DNA of 56,570 nucleotides from an uncultured Methanosarcinales archaeon (GCA_964572035.1 CAZNDX010000005.1:1-56570); one strand, 5' to 3'. Shown: positions 9,313-19,252, counted from the stretch's first letter. Numbers and translations are program-made. The notes: a model not told the origin generated them from the letters alone.

Positions 9313-10388
9313 TTTGTGACCAAGTGTTCAAACACTTCCCCGAGTGATGGCTTTGTGACGTGCAGTGATAGCAAGTCTCCTTTTTTGATTGATGAGTTGA
9401 TAATGTCAATTATTTTGTCTGGTTCTGTTGTGCTTATTTTTAGGTCGCCGCTTGGCTGAATTTCTGTTTTTGTTTTTCTTTTCTTCAGCTCCTTATTTAG
9501 CGGCTCGTAATTTTCTGACTGCAGTGTTAGTGTTATGTCGAAGTTTTTGCTGTACGCGTTTCGTAATTCTTCGGCTGTTCCTAATTCCGCGATTTTTTTG
9601 TTGTGGAGTATTGCTATCCTGTCACATAGCAATTCTATTTCGGCGAGGAAGTGTGATGCGAGAATTATGGTGGTTCCTTTCGCGTTGATTTGTTTGATCA
9701 GTCCCCAGAGGTGTTTTCTCATTATTGGGTCTAAGTCCGCTGTTGGTTCGTCCAGAATCAATATTTCCGGGTCTGATAGTAAGGCGCAGGCGATGTCTAG
9801 TCTTTTTTGCATTCCGCCTGATAGTTGCCCTCCTTGGACGTGTTTGGCGTCAGTTAATCCTACTAAGTCTAGCAGTGCGTTCGTTCTTCGTCGCAAGTCG
9901 TTTTCTTCAAGTCCTAATAGTGTTCCGAAGTGTTCTAGGTTTTCCAAGACTGTTAATTTTGGGTAGAAGCTTGGTGTTTGTGTGCTGAATCCAATGTGTT
10001 TTTTGATTTCTTCTGGGTTGTTTTGTAGGCTTATGCTTGCTCCTCCGGATTTGGCGAGATACACATCTCCCAGTTCCGGTCGTAGAAATCCCACCAGCAC
10101 GTTTAGTAGTGTTGTTTTTCCTGCGCCCGAGCTCCCTATTAGTCCGAATATTTCTCCTGCACGTATATCCAAATCCACATTTTGTAGGACTAATTTTGTT
10201 CCAAATAATTTTGTGATGCTGTGCGCGGTTAGTACAACGCCGGAGTCAAGGTTTTTGTATGTTTTTTCTATGTAAGAATTAACTGTGTTTTCTGGCCAGC
10301 CGGCGCTAAGCAAAAGTGTCTTGATTTCCTTTTTGGAGAGCCCTTTCTCTACTCCGGTGCGGATGCGTTCTTCAATTGCTACATCCAT
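9309..10388 (-). CDS. ABC transporter ATP-binding protein with an extra ~50-aa N-terminal domain
   Basis: Walker A GSSGAGKT, signature LSGGMQ, Walker B ILILDEP and H-loop ASH. TATA box TTTATAAA at 10411-10418, 22 nt upstream. Confidence 0.95.
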   Translation of the reverse strand: MDVAIEERIRTGVEKGLSKKEIKTLLLSAGWPENTVNSYIEKTYKNLDSGVVLTAHSITKLFGTKLVLQNVDLDIRAGEIFGLIGSSGAGKTTLLNVLVGFLRPELGDVYLAKSGGASISLQNNPEEIKKHIGFSTQTPSFYPKLTVLENLEHFGTLLGLEENDLRRRTNALLDLVGLTDAKHVQGGQLSGGMQKRLDIACALLSDPEILILDEPTADLDPIMRKHLWGLIKQINAKGTTIILASHFLAEIELLCDRIAILHNKKIAELGTAEELRNAYSKNFDITLTLQSENYEPLNKELKKRKTKTEIQPSGDLKISTTEPDKIIDIINSSIKKGDLLSLHVTKPSLGEVFEHLVTK

Positions 10389-10519
10389 AGGATGTTTTCA
10401 GGCAAGTATCTTTATAAACAAAAGCAACTATTCCCTAGTAGTTTCAATATTGTTTTTGTCGTCTTAAAGTAATGGTTTGATGAGCAATGTTTTTATAGGT
10501 GGGAAAAAGAAGAAGTCAT

Positions 10520-10960
10520 ATGACAGTTTGCGAGATGTGCGGGAAGGCTGGTCCTTTGTATACCGCGATGGTTGAGGGTACTGAGCTTAAGGTCTGTGAG
10601 GGCTGTGGCAAGTTTGGAAGGGTTATTGGACGGCCTGTTGTTGTTCAAAAGAAGCAAACTGCGCAAAAAACTCCAGAGCTTGTTGAGGAGTTGGTTGAAG
10701 ATTTCGCTAAAATCATCCGTGAAGCTAGAGAAAGGCAGGGTGTTACTCAAAAGGATTTCGCTCTTAAGCTGAACGAGAAGGAAAGTGCCGTTCAAAAGTG
10801 GGAATCTGGCTCCATGGCTCCAAGCATTGACACCGCAAAAAAATTGGAAAAACTTCTAAAAGTTAAACTTGTTGTGAAAGAGACTCCTGAAACTGCAGTT
10901 CTTGAGAAAAAAGCCAGCGGTCCTTTGACTATTGGTGATTTGTTGATTAAGAAGAAATAA
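10520..10960 (+). CDS. mbf1: Archaeal multiprotein bridging factor 1 (aMBF1)
   Basis: N-terminal Zn ribbon CEMCG...CEGC, Cro-type HTH (IREARERQGVTQKDFALKLNEKES) and C-terminal TIGD motif. TTTTATAG at 10491-10498 supports the start at 10520. Confidence 0.93.
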   Translation: MTVCEMCGKAGPLYTAMVEGTELKVCEGCGKFGRVIGRPVVVQKKQTAQKTPELVEELVEDFAKIIREARERQGVTQKDFALKLNEKESAVQKWESGSMAPSIDTAKKLEKLLKVKLVVKETPETAVLEKKASGPLTIGDLLIKKK

Positions 10961-12350
10961 TCCAGATTTTGTACCAGCATCTTCCATATTCCAAGTCAAG
11001 ACTTCTGTTCATTGTTGAATCCAAATACCTTATAGTTTGTTCCGTTCTTTGTTCGCAAACTAAATCGTATGGCGGGCAGATTATTCCGCCTCCGCAGTTA
11101 TCCAATGCTACAGCGCCGATTTTGTCTGAATTTTGTTGCAAATAATCATAAAAGTCGCCAGCTAACCCTTCGTCGTAAATTGGGTAGTACAGCTTGTGTA
11201 GTTTCAAATCAGTGTATGCCGCATGTATTGGGTTTGATATCCAGATTTCTTTGTCCGTAGCAAAATCATAATTGAAGTATTGTTCTTCCGCGAGATTGTA
11301 TGATGCTCTTTCGTTTGCGTTATAGAATAGCCAGGTTGTGTGCGCCATCCAAACGAAAATTACTAAGAGCAAAACGTAAAACCATTTTTGTTTTTTGGTT
11401 ATTTTTTCGAATAAATAAACAACACCGAGCGATGTTAGCATTGCGAAGAATGGCAAAAACAGTGTCAAATACCGATAATCTCTGCACGACAATGGTAAAA
11501 AGTAAAGAAATGGGAGAAGTAAACACAATGTGAAAAGCGTCCATTTTTTGTTCCAGTTTTTAAACAGAACAAATCCTCCAACGAGAGAAAACAAGTGCAA
11601 TTTTGTTTCGGAGAATATTAACCAGTTGAAGTATTGCCACCACGGTTGCGCTCTTATCACGTTACACCCTAAAGCGCGATTAATTGCGTCCTGCGCCGCG
11701 AGCAATGGCCCTATTGGGCTTCCAAAATAAACCCAATTTGTAATAAAATATGGAATAACTGGCAGTGAAAAGCCTATTCCAACAAGCAGTCCTTCTTTCC
11801 ATTGTTTGTGCAAAATCAAGAACAGCCCTATGACTGCGAGCATTATTCCTGCTGGAAATTTTGAGAGGAAGCAGAGTCCTATGCTGATTCCTGACCAGAT
11901 GTATTGTTTTTTGACAAGTAAAAACAGGGCAAGTAATGCAAAAAACGCGCTTGGTATTTCGGTGTATTGATGAAAGCTCAGATAGAAAAATATTGGGCTG
12001 ACGGAAATAATAAGTGCAGATAGCAGCGCCGCTTTTTCGTTGAACCATTCTTTTGCGAGTAAATAAGTCAGTGCTACTATTCCAAGCATTAATGCGATTT
12101 CAAATAATCTTCCAAATAATGCAGGATTAAGTCCTAGTGACCAAAAGCTTCCTAAAACTATTGGAACAAGCGGGGGCCTTATGTGTTCGTATAGACCGCT
12201 TTCTCCGCCTGAGAATATTGTTTTTCCCATTCCAATATATACGCCTGAGTCCCACCATATTTCGTGGAATCCAAACGCGAACATTAGGCGTAAAACCAAA
12301 GCTAGAAACAATACAATCAAAAACGCCGTACTAAATGTTTGTTTTTTCAT
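10947..12350 (-). CDS. GT-C fold membrane glycosyltransferase (GT39/PMT/ArnT-like)
   Basis: ~11-12 TM segments, first-loop WWDSGVY, RPPLVP, and GLCFLSKFP (ArnT-like K motif). Confidence 0.85.
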   Translation of the reverse strand: MKKQTFSTAFLIVLFLALVLRLMFAFGFHEIWWDSGVYIGMGKTIFSGGESGLYEHIRPPLVPIVLGSFWSLGLNPALFGRLFEIALMLGIVALTYLLAKEWFNEKAALLSALIISVSPIFFYLSFHQYTEIPSAFFALLALFLLVKKQYIWSGISIGLCFLSKFPAGIMLAVIGLFLILHKQWKEGLLVGIGFSLPVIPYFITNWVYFGSPIGPLLAAQDAINRALGCNVIRAQPWWQYFNWLIFSETKLHLFSLVGGFVLFKNWNKKWTLFTLCLLLPFLYFLPLSCRDYRYLTLFLPFFAMLTSLGVVYLFEKITKKQKWFYVLLLVIFVWMAHTTWLFYNANERASYNLAEEQYFNYDFATDKEIWISNPIHAAYTDLKLHKLYYPIYDEGLAGDFYDYLQQNSDKIGAVALDNCGGGIICPPYDLVCEQRTEQTIRYLDSTMNRSLDLEYGRCWYKIWIISS

Positions 12351-14473
12351 TGGAATATCGGGTTAGGGTCGTCAAAGCTTGTTTGATTGACGAATTCTCT
12401 AAAGAGCAGCTGTCCATATGGATAGCTTGCGGTGTGGAATAATATTGCCTTCCTGTTGGCGTCCTCTGATAGCCAGGCGCCTAATTTTTCGTAGTCGTCT
12501 TTGCTGAATACTCTTGTAGCGATTATGTTTGCGTTATGTCTTTTTGCTGTGTTGATTATTTCGTCCTGTGTTCCAAAAGCATCAAGTGTGACATACGTTG
12601 CATCTAATGGAATCGCTTGAGTTATTGTTGAGAAATAGCTTGCTGGTGTTTGGTAATACCACAGTGCGTACGCGTTGTCAGTGCTGTTCGCGACGACCAG
12701 TTTGTCTTTTGTTGTTATGTTTATTGGCCTGTTGCCTATTGTTGCGTGATTTTCAAAAAATGTTGTTGGCGCGCTTCCAACTATTGATGTATTGTGCCCC
12801 ATCAATAAAAATAAGTATTTGTCTGGGTACGCTATTACGCTGATTTTTCTGTCGCTTAGGTATTTGGCGGCATACGCTTTTCCTGGATGGTCTATATCTG
12901 ATAGAATATGTGTCGCGTTATGCCTTATTGCTTGTTCTACGAGCATATTTACGCCGTGGGAGTCTATTATTACCGCGACGTCTGGTCGCAAGAATCTTGT
13001 TGTTGGATAATAAACTTTGTCCAGTGGAACTTCAAATCTGAATATTCCGTTTTCATCGCTTGCGAACCATCTGCCATTCTTTTTGGCGACTAATGTCCCT
13101 ACTGCAGGAATATGAGTCAAGTTCAAGTAAAGTAGTTCTTTTGTTCTTCCGCCTTCGTGCCATCCTATGTCTGTTCTTAATTCAGTTTCGTTGTATGTTC
13201 TTTTTTCTGAGAATGTTGTGAGTATTTTTGGTCCGTAAGGATTTGCGATTTGTCCGCCAAGCCAGTCTCTGAATACTCTGTCATCCTGTGTTATTAATCT
13301 GCTGTTATTGTCTAGGTTAATTGATGTAGCCCCTATTGTTACGCTTGTGAAATTTCCTTTTGACAAAATCGATTTTATTGGAGTGTAGTATCCTGATATT
13401 ACTGTTTCATTAGCTGTTACCGCGCTTTCGTCAAAATTCAATATTGGTTTTTTTCCTTGCGCGATTGTTTCAAGTAATCGCGCGCGGTAATTGTTTCCCG
13501 CTTTTTTCCACTGTTTTGCCGCTTCATTTAGGAATGCGTTTCTGTTTCTTCCGCATCCTAGGGCTGCAGATGTTTCGTAGACGAGAGCCATTTCCTCAGT
13601 GTTTGTGCTGTTTATTTTGTCAAAATATTGCAGGGATTCGCAGGTTTTTTGATTGTTTTTTGTGAGTCTTCCGAGTATTATTGTCGCGTCTCCCCTTGCC
13701 CAATTATCTTCGCTTTGATTGTTCGCTATTTTTTCCATATCAGAAGCCAAAAGTGTCATATTCACCCCTGTCGCCAGAGGAGTAAATGAAAAATCAATCT
13801 CGTACGCGTATGGATCGGGGCGTCTCAAAAATTGCTGAACTGTGCTGTTTATTTGTCCAACATAGTGCAATCCAAATGTCACTTCTTCGTTTATCACGAC
13901 AGCCGGAGTTCTGGTTATTCCGTAATGTTCTACAAGTAACGGCACTAGAGGCTCGTCTTTGTAATCTTTGTCTATGGCCAATATTACTACTTGGTTTTTG
14001 TAGCTGTTCGCGAGGTCTTCCAGTATGAATCCCTGTCTTTCGCTTTCGTCTTCGTCTATTGTGTAAAAAAATAGCACTGGGAGGTATGGTTGTCCGCAGT
14101 CCGTGTTTAATTGTTTTAGAAGTGCGTAAAATTTGAGTTGCAGGAGTATGTATTCTCGTTTTAATAAATCATAGTCTGTTTTTCTAAATATGCTGAAACG
14201 GGAATAAGTTCCCAGGTCCGCCCCGACTTTTTTTATTTCTTCTTTAAGCCCAAAGAATCTTGCAGTCATTATGTCGCAGGCTTCTTCGTCAAATACTTCA
14301 CTAAAGAGTCTTTCAACTCTATACGCGTCAGAGTCGAGTTCATGGTCCCTCATTACCGAATTTATTTCATTTATTCTGTAAAAATCAAAGAAGTGGTTCA
14401 ATATTACTCCTGAAGAAAATATTAGTATTGTTATTAGAAGACTTTTCCAGATAATTGCGTGTTTTTTATTCAT
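12347..14473 (-). CDS. Membrane-anchored 708-aa protein: N-terminal thioredoxin-like domain plus an uncharacterised C-terminal region
   Basis: N-terminal TM. Residues ~30-210 align by eye with the 207-aa neighbour, including YGITRTPAVVIN (cis-Pro Trx-type strand). The C-terminal region has several His/Asp motifs. Confidence 0.7.
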   Translation of the reverse strand: MNKKHAIIWKSLLITILIFSSGVILNHFFDFYRINEINSVMRDHELDSDAYRVERLFSEVFDEEACDIMTARFFGLKEEIKKVGADLGTYSRFSIFRKTDYDLLKREYILLQLKFYALLKQLNTDCGQPYLPVLFFYTIDEDESERQGFILEDLANSYKNQVVILAIDKDYKDEPLVPLLVEHYGITRTPAVVINEEVTFGLHYVGQINSTVQQFLRRPDPYAYEIDFSFTPLATGVNMTLLASDMEKIANNQSEDNWARGDATIILGRLTKNNQKTCESLQYFDKINSTNTEEMALVYETSAALGCGRNRNAFLNEAAKQWKKAGNNYRARLLETIAQGKKPILNFDESAVTANETVISGYYTPIKSILSKGNFTSVTIGATSINLDNNSRLITQDDRVFRDWLGGQIANPYGPKILTTFSEKRTYNETELRTDIGWHEGGRTKELLYLNLTHIPAVGTLVAKKNGRWFASDENGIFRFEVPLDKVYYPTTRFLRPDVAVIIDSHGVNMLVEQAIRHNATHILSDIDHPGKAYAAKYLSDRKISVIAYPDKYLFLLMGHNTSIVGSAPTTFFENHATIGNRPINITTKDKLVVANSTDNAYALWYYQTPASYFSTITQAIPLDATYVTLDAFGTQDEIINTAKRHNANIIATRVFSKDDYEKLGAWLSEDANRKAILFHTASYPYGQLLFREFVNQTSFDDPNPIFQ

Positions 14474-15089
14474 TTACGGCACTCAATATTTCTTCTTTAG
14501 TTGATAGCCCATTCAGTACTTTCTCATAATTTATCACAAGTGATGGAGAGGTCGTGATGTTATAATATTGCTCTAGAAAGCTAAGCGAGGGAGAGTATCC
14601 TTGTTCTACCGCGAATACTACAACGTCTTGTTCGGACACGAGTTCGTCAAGTATTATTCCCTGGTCGTGGCTTTGGGGGTCTAATCTTGTGAAATAATAT
14701 AGTATAACGTTTGTTGTTTTTCCGCAGTCGTCGTGGAGTTTTTTGTAAAGTATGTATGTTCTTAACTGCATAAGGTGATATTTTAGTTTCAAGTAATGAT
14801 AGTTCTCAGGTCCGAGGCTTTGTTCGGCGTCAATTGATGATAATAGCTGGCCTAAATTCGCGAGTTCTGAGCTTTGCCCCGCAAGTCTGCTTTCTGTTAG
14901 CGGGCAGTTTGTTTTGAATGTGTCAAATAATTGTTCTTCGACAAGGAAGCTTTCTGCGTCAAGCTCGCTTTGCTCCAGTATTCTGGTTATTTCTGTTGAT
15001 TCGTTTGTGTTCCACGTGTTGCCAACTATTACTCCGATTATGAATACGATAATCACCAAAAATAGAGTTGTTATGAATGTTGATTTCAT
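14466..15089 (-). CDS. Membrane-anchored thioredoxin-fold-like protein lacking CxxC
   Basis: N-terminal TM, Cys pair (TNC...DDCG), YNITTSPSLVIN. Paralog of the N-terminal part of 12347-14473. Confidence 0.7.
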   Translation of the reverse strand: MKSTFITTLFLVIIVFIIGVIVGNTWNTNESTEITRILEQSELDAESFLVEEQLFDTFKTNCPLTESRLAGQSSELANLGQLLSSIDAEQSLGPENYHYLKLKYHLMQLRTYILYKKLHDDCGKTTNVILYYFTRLDPQSHDQGIILDELVSEQDVVVFAVEQGYSPSLSFLEQYYNITTSPSLVINYEKVLNGLSTKEEILSAVNE

Positions 15090-16432
15090 TTTACCTCATA
15101 TAGCTCTATTTGATTGTCGGTTGGAATTCTTTTAAATGTTTCGTTGTTATTGACGAGAAATACAAGGCCGAAATTTTCTTCTTCCCAAACGAGACCTTTT
15201 TTCATTTCAGGAGTTATTAGGACGTAATCTACTTGGTGTTTTTTGAGCAATTGTTTGGTTTTTTCTAAATCGTTGCTGAAAAAAATCGCGTTCGCGTCAT
15301 TTTGTTGTTCCAATATTTTTTCTTTGTCAATAAGAGGATGAAGAAGTGTCTTGTGATGGTAGCTGGCGAAATTCGCGTATTCTTTGGCTGTTAAAATCAC
15401 TCCTGATTCGGTCAAAGATAATGTTTTTATCATTTCGTTGGATGGGTTGTCTCTCGCGTGAGTTGTGCTATAGGATATCGCCGAAAATAAAAGTCCTAAA
15501 AATATTACGAATAACGTGAGCGTTCTTAAAGATTTTAATTCCCATTTTCTCCTGAACAAATATGATAGTGCGTATCCTGCTAAAATGCCGGAGATGGGAA
15601 GTAAAAATGGCAAAAGAGCGGGATAAATTATCGCCAGTGCTATGAACGAAGAAATTGAGAAAAATGAAACATATTCTTTTTTTGGCCATAACAGAACTGC
15701 GGATATGGTCATTAAAATTATCGTGAATGCTCCTATTCCGTGAATTCCTCCCAAGTCGGAAAAATAATTTATCGGTGTTGTGAGCAGCCTGAACGGCAAA
15801 TTGTAGTTCAAGAAAACAACGCAGGCGACTGGTATTAAACCCAAAATTAATGTTTTAAGGTTTTTCTTTTTGTCGGTCAAAATGTAATATGCTATGCAGA
15901 ATAGTGACGCGATTGCCCCTGACAATGAATCCGCGCTTGCTAACAAAAACGGTATTGCTGAATAAAATGGTTTTGTTGAGTGTAAAATTAGCAGTCCAAG
16001 AAGAACCATTGAAAGTTCGAATGAGTATGGCGTATTGTAGAATCCTAATGAAATAAACGCTGGAGACAGAACAAAAACCAGGAGTGTCCAAAGCTGAGTC
16101 TGCTCATCTATTTTTAATTTCTTTAAAAGAAGGTAAAATAATAGCAAAGAAAGCAATGCGAATATTATTGGAGTTATGGCGAACGCAGTATCACCGGTTA
16201 TTTTATGCATTCCTGCCAAAAGTAAATGATACGGCTGGATTGTGTAAGAGGTTAAAATGTTCGCAAAATTTATCTCGGATATTATTCCTTGTTCCGATAT
16301 CGTCTGCGCTATTTTTGAGTGATAATATGTTTCATCTCCGGCAAAAGTGTGATTCCCTGAGAAATAGCGCAAGTGGTAGGGTAATGCCAGCATTATAAGC
16401 GCCAATATAATTACGAACGCGTATTTTTTCAT
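15086..16432 (-). CDS. Multi-pass membrane protein, GT-C/STT3-like
   Basis: First-loop GDETYYH, ~11 TM segments, AglB-like soluble C-terminal tail (LLKKHQVDYVLIT). Start MKKYAF overlaps the upstream stop (ATGA). Confidence 0.65.
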   Translation of the reverse strand: MKKYAFVIILALIMLALPYHLRYFSGNHTFAGDETYYHSKIAQTISEQGIISEINFANILTSYTIQPYHLLLAGMHKITGDTAFAITPIIFALLSLLLFYLLLKKLKIDEQTQLWTLLVFVLSPAFISLGFYNTPYSFELSMVLLGLLILHSTKPFYSAIPFLLASADSLSGAIASLFCIAYYILTDKKKNLKTLILGLIPVACVVFLNYNLPFRLLTTPINYFSDLGGIHGIGAFTIILMTISAVLLWPKKEYVSFFSISSFIALAIIYPALLPFLLPISGILAGYALSYLFRRKWELKSLRTLTLFVIFLGLLFSAISYSTTHARDNPSNEMIKTLSLTESGVILTAKEYANFASYHHKTLLHPLIDKEKILEQQNDANAIFFSNDLEKTKQLLKKHQVDYVLITPEMKKGLVWEEENFGLVFLVNNNETFKRIPTDNQIELYEVK

Positions 16433-17898
16433 GCCACTACCTCTATTTTGCATTCTTTGTCCTTTTGATATATGTGAACGTTTAGATAGTCCGTTCTCAT
16501 GAAGCATTTGCTTGTAAACTTGATGTTCGGAAGATAGGATGGAACAAAAAGGTGCGTCGCGTTGTATTTTTCAAATATGGTGAGCGCTTCTATTTCCGAT
16601 GTGGTTGTATAAAGCTTGATGACGTCGTCATATCTTTCATTTATGTTTTTTTGCAGTAAAAATTGAGTGTCAATTATGTTTGATCTGTTTGCAATTCCTG
16701 TTATATAATGTCCAAAGGCGGGTGGCGCGATTATTTTCGAGTCTATTGGAGATAGATGTTTCAGAGCGGACAGAGCCAAATAATCGTTGTCTGTTATTGT
16801 AGTCGCGAGTTCTTCTTTTGAGAGCGTGTATGCTGGAAATGCGGTTGTCATCGCTAAAAAGAAGATTAGTCCGAACATTGCAAGTGTCGAGTGTTTTTTT
16901 ATTTTTGTTGATTTGAAAAATTCATTTATGGTTGTCAGGGAATGTGATAATAGTATCGCGAAGGTTATTCCCAACAATGTGAGCGCGGTGTTTAGTGGTA
17001 ATAACTTAAGCCAGAGGCATATGAACGACACGATTGTTAGGCTAAACAGTAGAGTGTCCTCTTTTTTTGGCGTTTTGATGGCGTATTTGTAAATGGAATA
17101 TATGCCTAAAGGAACTATCAGTATTCCCAGGGAAAATATTATCGCGATTATGTTAGTTTCCGCGTAGTATTGTCCAAGAAGTTCTGATGGTATGTTTTGC
17201 CAGATTATTCCAAGTCCATGAACTAAAAGCGCTTCTTTGTAAAACAGGAAGTGCGCCCAAAGAGTTAAGGCGATTGTAAACAGCCCTAATTCATAATCTG
17301 CTAGTCTGAGATTTAGTCTGTCTATCGCGCAAAGCGCGAAATATACCGCGAGTGTTGCGACAAAGATCAAGGACAAAGGAGTTAGGAATATGAAAAATGT
17401 CGTTATGCCCAAGAACCAGTTTAAATGTTTTGGTGCCTGTGTCCAAAGATACAGCAGAAAGTATAGAAGCGGGATTGACAGAGACAGCGCTGACAAGTGA
17501 TTTGTTGTTTGCGCGAAAAAGAAAGGGGTTATGCTTGCGAGTGTCGCGCTTACTATGCTCATTGTTTTGTTTTTTGTTAATGAATACGCCAGAAGGTACG
17601 TTGGAAAAACCAGAAAACTTGCGAATACTGCTGGAATTATTTTGGTTGCGAGTCCGATAGGCATAATAAACGTGAATGCCGCGATTATCAGGTCAAATAA
17701 AGGGCTGTGTATGAATGCTCTTCCGCCATATCCTAGAGAGTCATCGAAAATCAAGTTTCCTGAAAGAAGGTTTTCAATGATTCTTGTATGAAGGTATGCG
17801 GTGTCAGATGTTAAGTATGGCGTTTGAAACGCGAAAAAAAGTCGTGCCGCTATGACTAAAAAAAATATGCAAAAGAGCCAAAGCCACCGTTTTTCCAT
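16429..17898 (-). CDS. Multi-pass membrane protein, AglB/STT3-like GT-C fold
   Basis: First-loop SDTAYLH, ~13 TM segments, C-terminal PPAFGHYITGIANR (degenerate WWDYG region) and EKYNATHLFV. Start MEKRW is 22 nt from TTTATAAA. Confidence 0.7.
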   Translation of the reverse strand: MEKRWLWLFCIFFLVIAARLFFAFQTPYLTSDTAYLHTRIIENLLSGNLIFDDSLGYGGRAFIHSPLFDLIIAAFTFIMPIGLATKIIPAVFASFLVFPTYLLAYSLTKNKTMSIVSATLASITPFFFAQTTNHLSALSLSIPLLYFLLYLWTQAPKHLNWFLGITTFFIFLTPLSLIFVATLAVYFALCAIDRLNLRLADYELGLFTIALTLWAHFLFYKEALLVHGLGIIWQNIPSELLGQYYAETNIIAIIFSLGILIVPLGIYSIYKYAIKTPKKEDTLLFSLTIVSFICLWLKLLPLNTALTLLGITFAILLSHSLTTINEFFKSTKIKKHSTLAMFGLIFFLAMTTAFPAYTLSKEELATTITDNDYLALSALKHLSPIDSKIIAPPAFGHYITGIANRSNIIDTQFLLQKNINERYDDVIKLYTTTSEIEALTIFEKYNATHLFVPSYLPNIKFTSKCFMRTDYLNVHIYQKDKECKIEVVA

Positions 17899-17920
17899 AA
17901 GGGGTTTGGGAAGAGGAGGC

Positions 17921-17928
17921 TTTATAAA
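17921..17928. promoter_or_regulatory. Palindromic TATA box shared by two divergent genes
   Basis: TTTATAAA lies exactly 22 nt from ATG 17898 (minus) and 22 nt from GTG 17951 (plus). Confidence 0.75.
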
Positions 17929-17950
17929 GGTTTTCGGAGTGAGGAAGCTT

Positions 17951-18631
17951 GTGAGCGAGAGGGTTTCAACAGGGGTTGATTTTGTAGACAAATTGCTTGG
18001 TGGTGGTTTTGAGATAGACGCTATTACGACTATTTACGGTCCTGCGGGTGCTGGAAAGACTAATCTTGCTCTTCTTGCTGCGGTTGAGACAATCAAACGT
18101 AAAAAGAAGGTTATCTATATCGACACGGAGGGGGGTTTTAGCGTTGAGCGTCTTTCTCAAATCGCGAAGGACCCTAAAGAAGTTTTGGAAAACATTTTGT
18201 TTCTTCGCCCTGTGACTTTTGATGAGCAAAAAGATTTCATTCTGAAGTTAAAAGAATCAATTAATGACAAAGTTGGTTTGATTGTTGTTGATACTCTTAA
18301 CATGCTTTACAGAATGCAGAGAAGTTATGGTGAGGATGACAAAGGCATCCATGATTTGAACGCTCAACTTCTCGCGCTCAATGAGCTCGCGAGAAAGCAC
18401 AAAATTCCTGTTCTTCTGACCTCGCAGGTTTATTCCGCGTTTGAAAACAAAAAAGTGAAGATTGTTGGTGGTGACGTTATGCTTTACACAAGCAAATGCC
18501 TTCTTGAGATTGAGCCTCTTTTGCACGGCAAGAGGCGAATTGTTTTGCACAAGCATCGAAGTGTTGGTTCTGGTAAGGAAGTTGTTTTCAAAATTGTTCA
18601 GGATGGTGTCGAAGAAGTTAAAATTGATTAA
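17951..18631 (+). CDS. radB: DNA repair and recombination protein RadB
   Basis: STGVDFVDKLLGGG, Walker A GPAGAGKT, YIDTEGGFSVERL and the RadB-specific KHR motif. No N-terminal HhH domain. Confidence 0.93.
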   Translation: MSERVSTGVDFVDKLLGGGFEIDAITTIYGPAGAGKTNLALLAAVETIKRKKKVIYIDTEGGFSVERLSQIAKDPKEVLENILFLRPVTFDEQKDFILKLKESINDKVGLIVVDTLNMLYRMQRSYGEDDKGIHDLNAQLLALNELARKHKIPVLLTSQVYSAFENKKVKIVGGDVMLYTSKCLLEIEPLLHGKRRIVLHKHRSVGSGKEVVFKIVQDGVEEVKID

Positions 18632-18655
18632 AAAATAAAGTTAAAAATTAAAAAT

Positions 18656-19252
18656 TTATTCCTCGGTGAATTCGTCCAAGGAGAATGGCGGTTCATCGCC
18701 TGTTATTTTTCCGCGTTTTTTCAAGTATTCGCGCGCGAGGATATAGAACACAAGTCCCAATGACTTCTTTCCTTTGTTGTTGCATGGAACAATCAAGTCA
18801 AGGTCGTTGCTTTGGTTGTTTGTGTCGCATAGAGCGATTACCGGTATTCCAATTTGCGCTGCGTCTTTGACCGCGTTCTTGTCCGGCCAGGCGTCTGTTA
18901 CCAAAATGAGCTTGACTTCAATGTAATCATTTAATTTTGGATTCGTAAGGATTCCTGGCGAGTATCTTCCTGCAAAGAATTTTACTCCTGTGTGTTTTCC
19001 AAACGCCTTTACTGCTTTCCAGCCGTTTTCTCTTCTTGAAACAACCAGTATATCTTCTGGCGCGTATTGTGACAGCATGTTCGCCGCGTTTCCGATTCTC
19101 TCATCTATTTTTTGTAAATTCAAAACAGATAGTCCGTCCGGTCTTGTTTTGTAGATGAACGAGTCCATGTGTTTCGTTCGGAATTTTGTTCCTATGTGTA
19201 TTCCTGATTTTAGGTATACGTCTTGTGGTACTAAAAATGCTTCTTCGCTCAT
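18656..19252 (-). CDS. rps2: 30S ribosomal protein uS2 (archaeal)
   Basis: YLKSGIHIGTK, GRYSPGILTNP, IPVIALCDTNN, DLIVPCNNKGKKS. Confidence 0.97.
   Translation of the reverse strand: MSEEAFLVPQDVYLKSGIHIGTKFRTKHMDSFIYKTRPDGLSVLNLQKIDERIGNAANMLSQYAPEDILVVSRRENGWKAVKAFGKHTGVKFFAGRYSPGILTNPKLNDYIEVKLILVTDAWPDKNAVKDAAQIGIPVIALCDTNNQSNDLDLIVPCNNKGKKSLGLVFYILAREYLKKRGKITGDEPPFSLDEFTEE

Noticed and set aside
16429-17898. Calling this the canonical oligosaccharyltransferase aglB
   Set aside because: No intact WWDYG motif and shorter than typical AglB, so it is kept as AglB/STT3-like.
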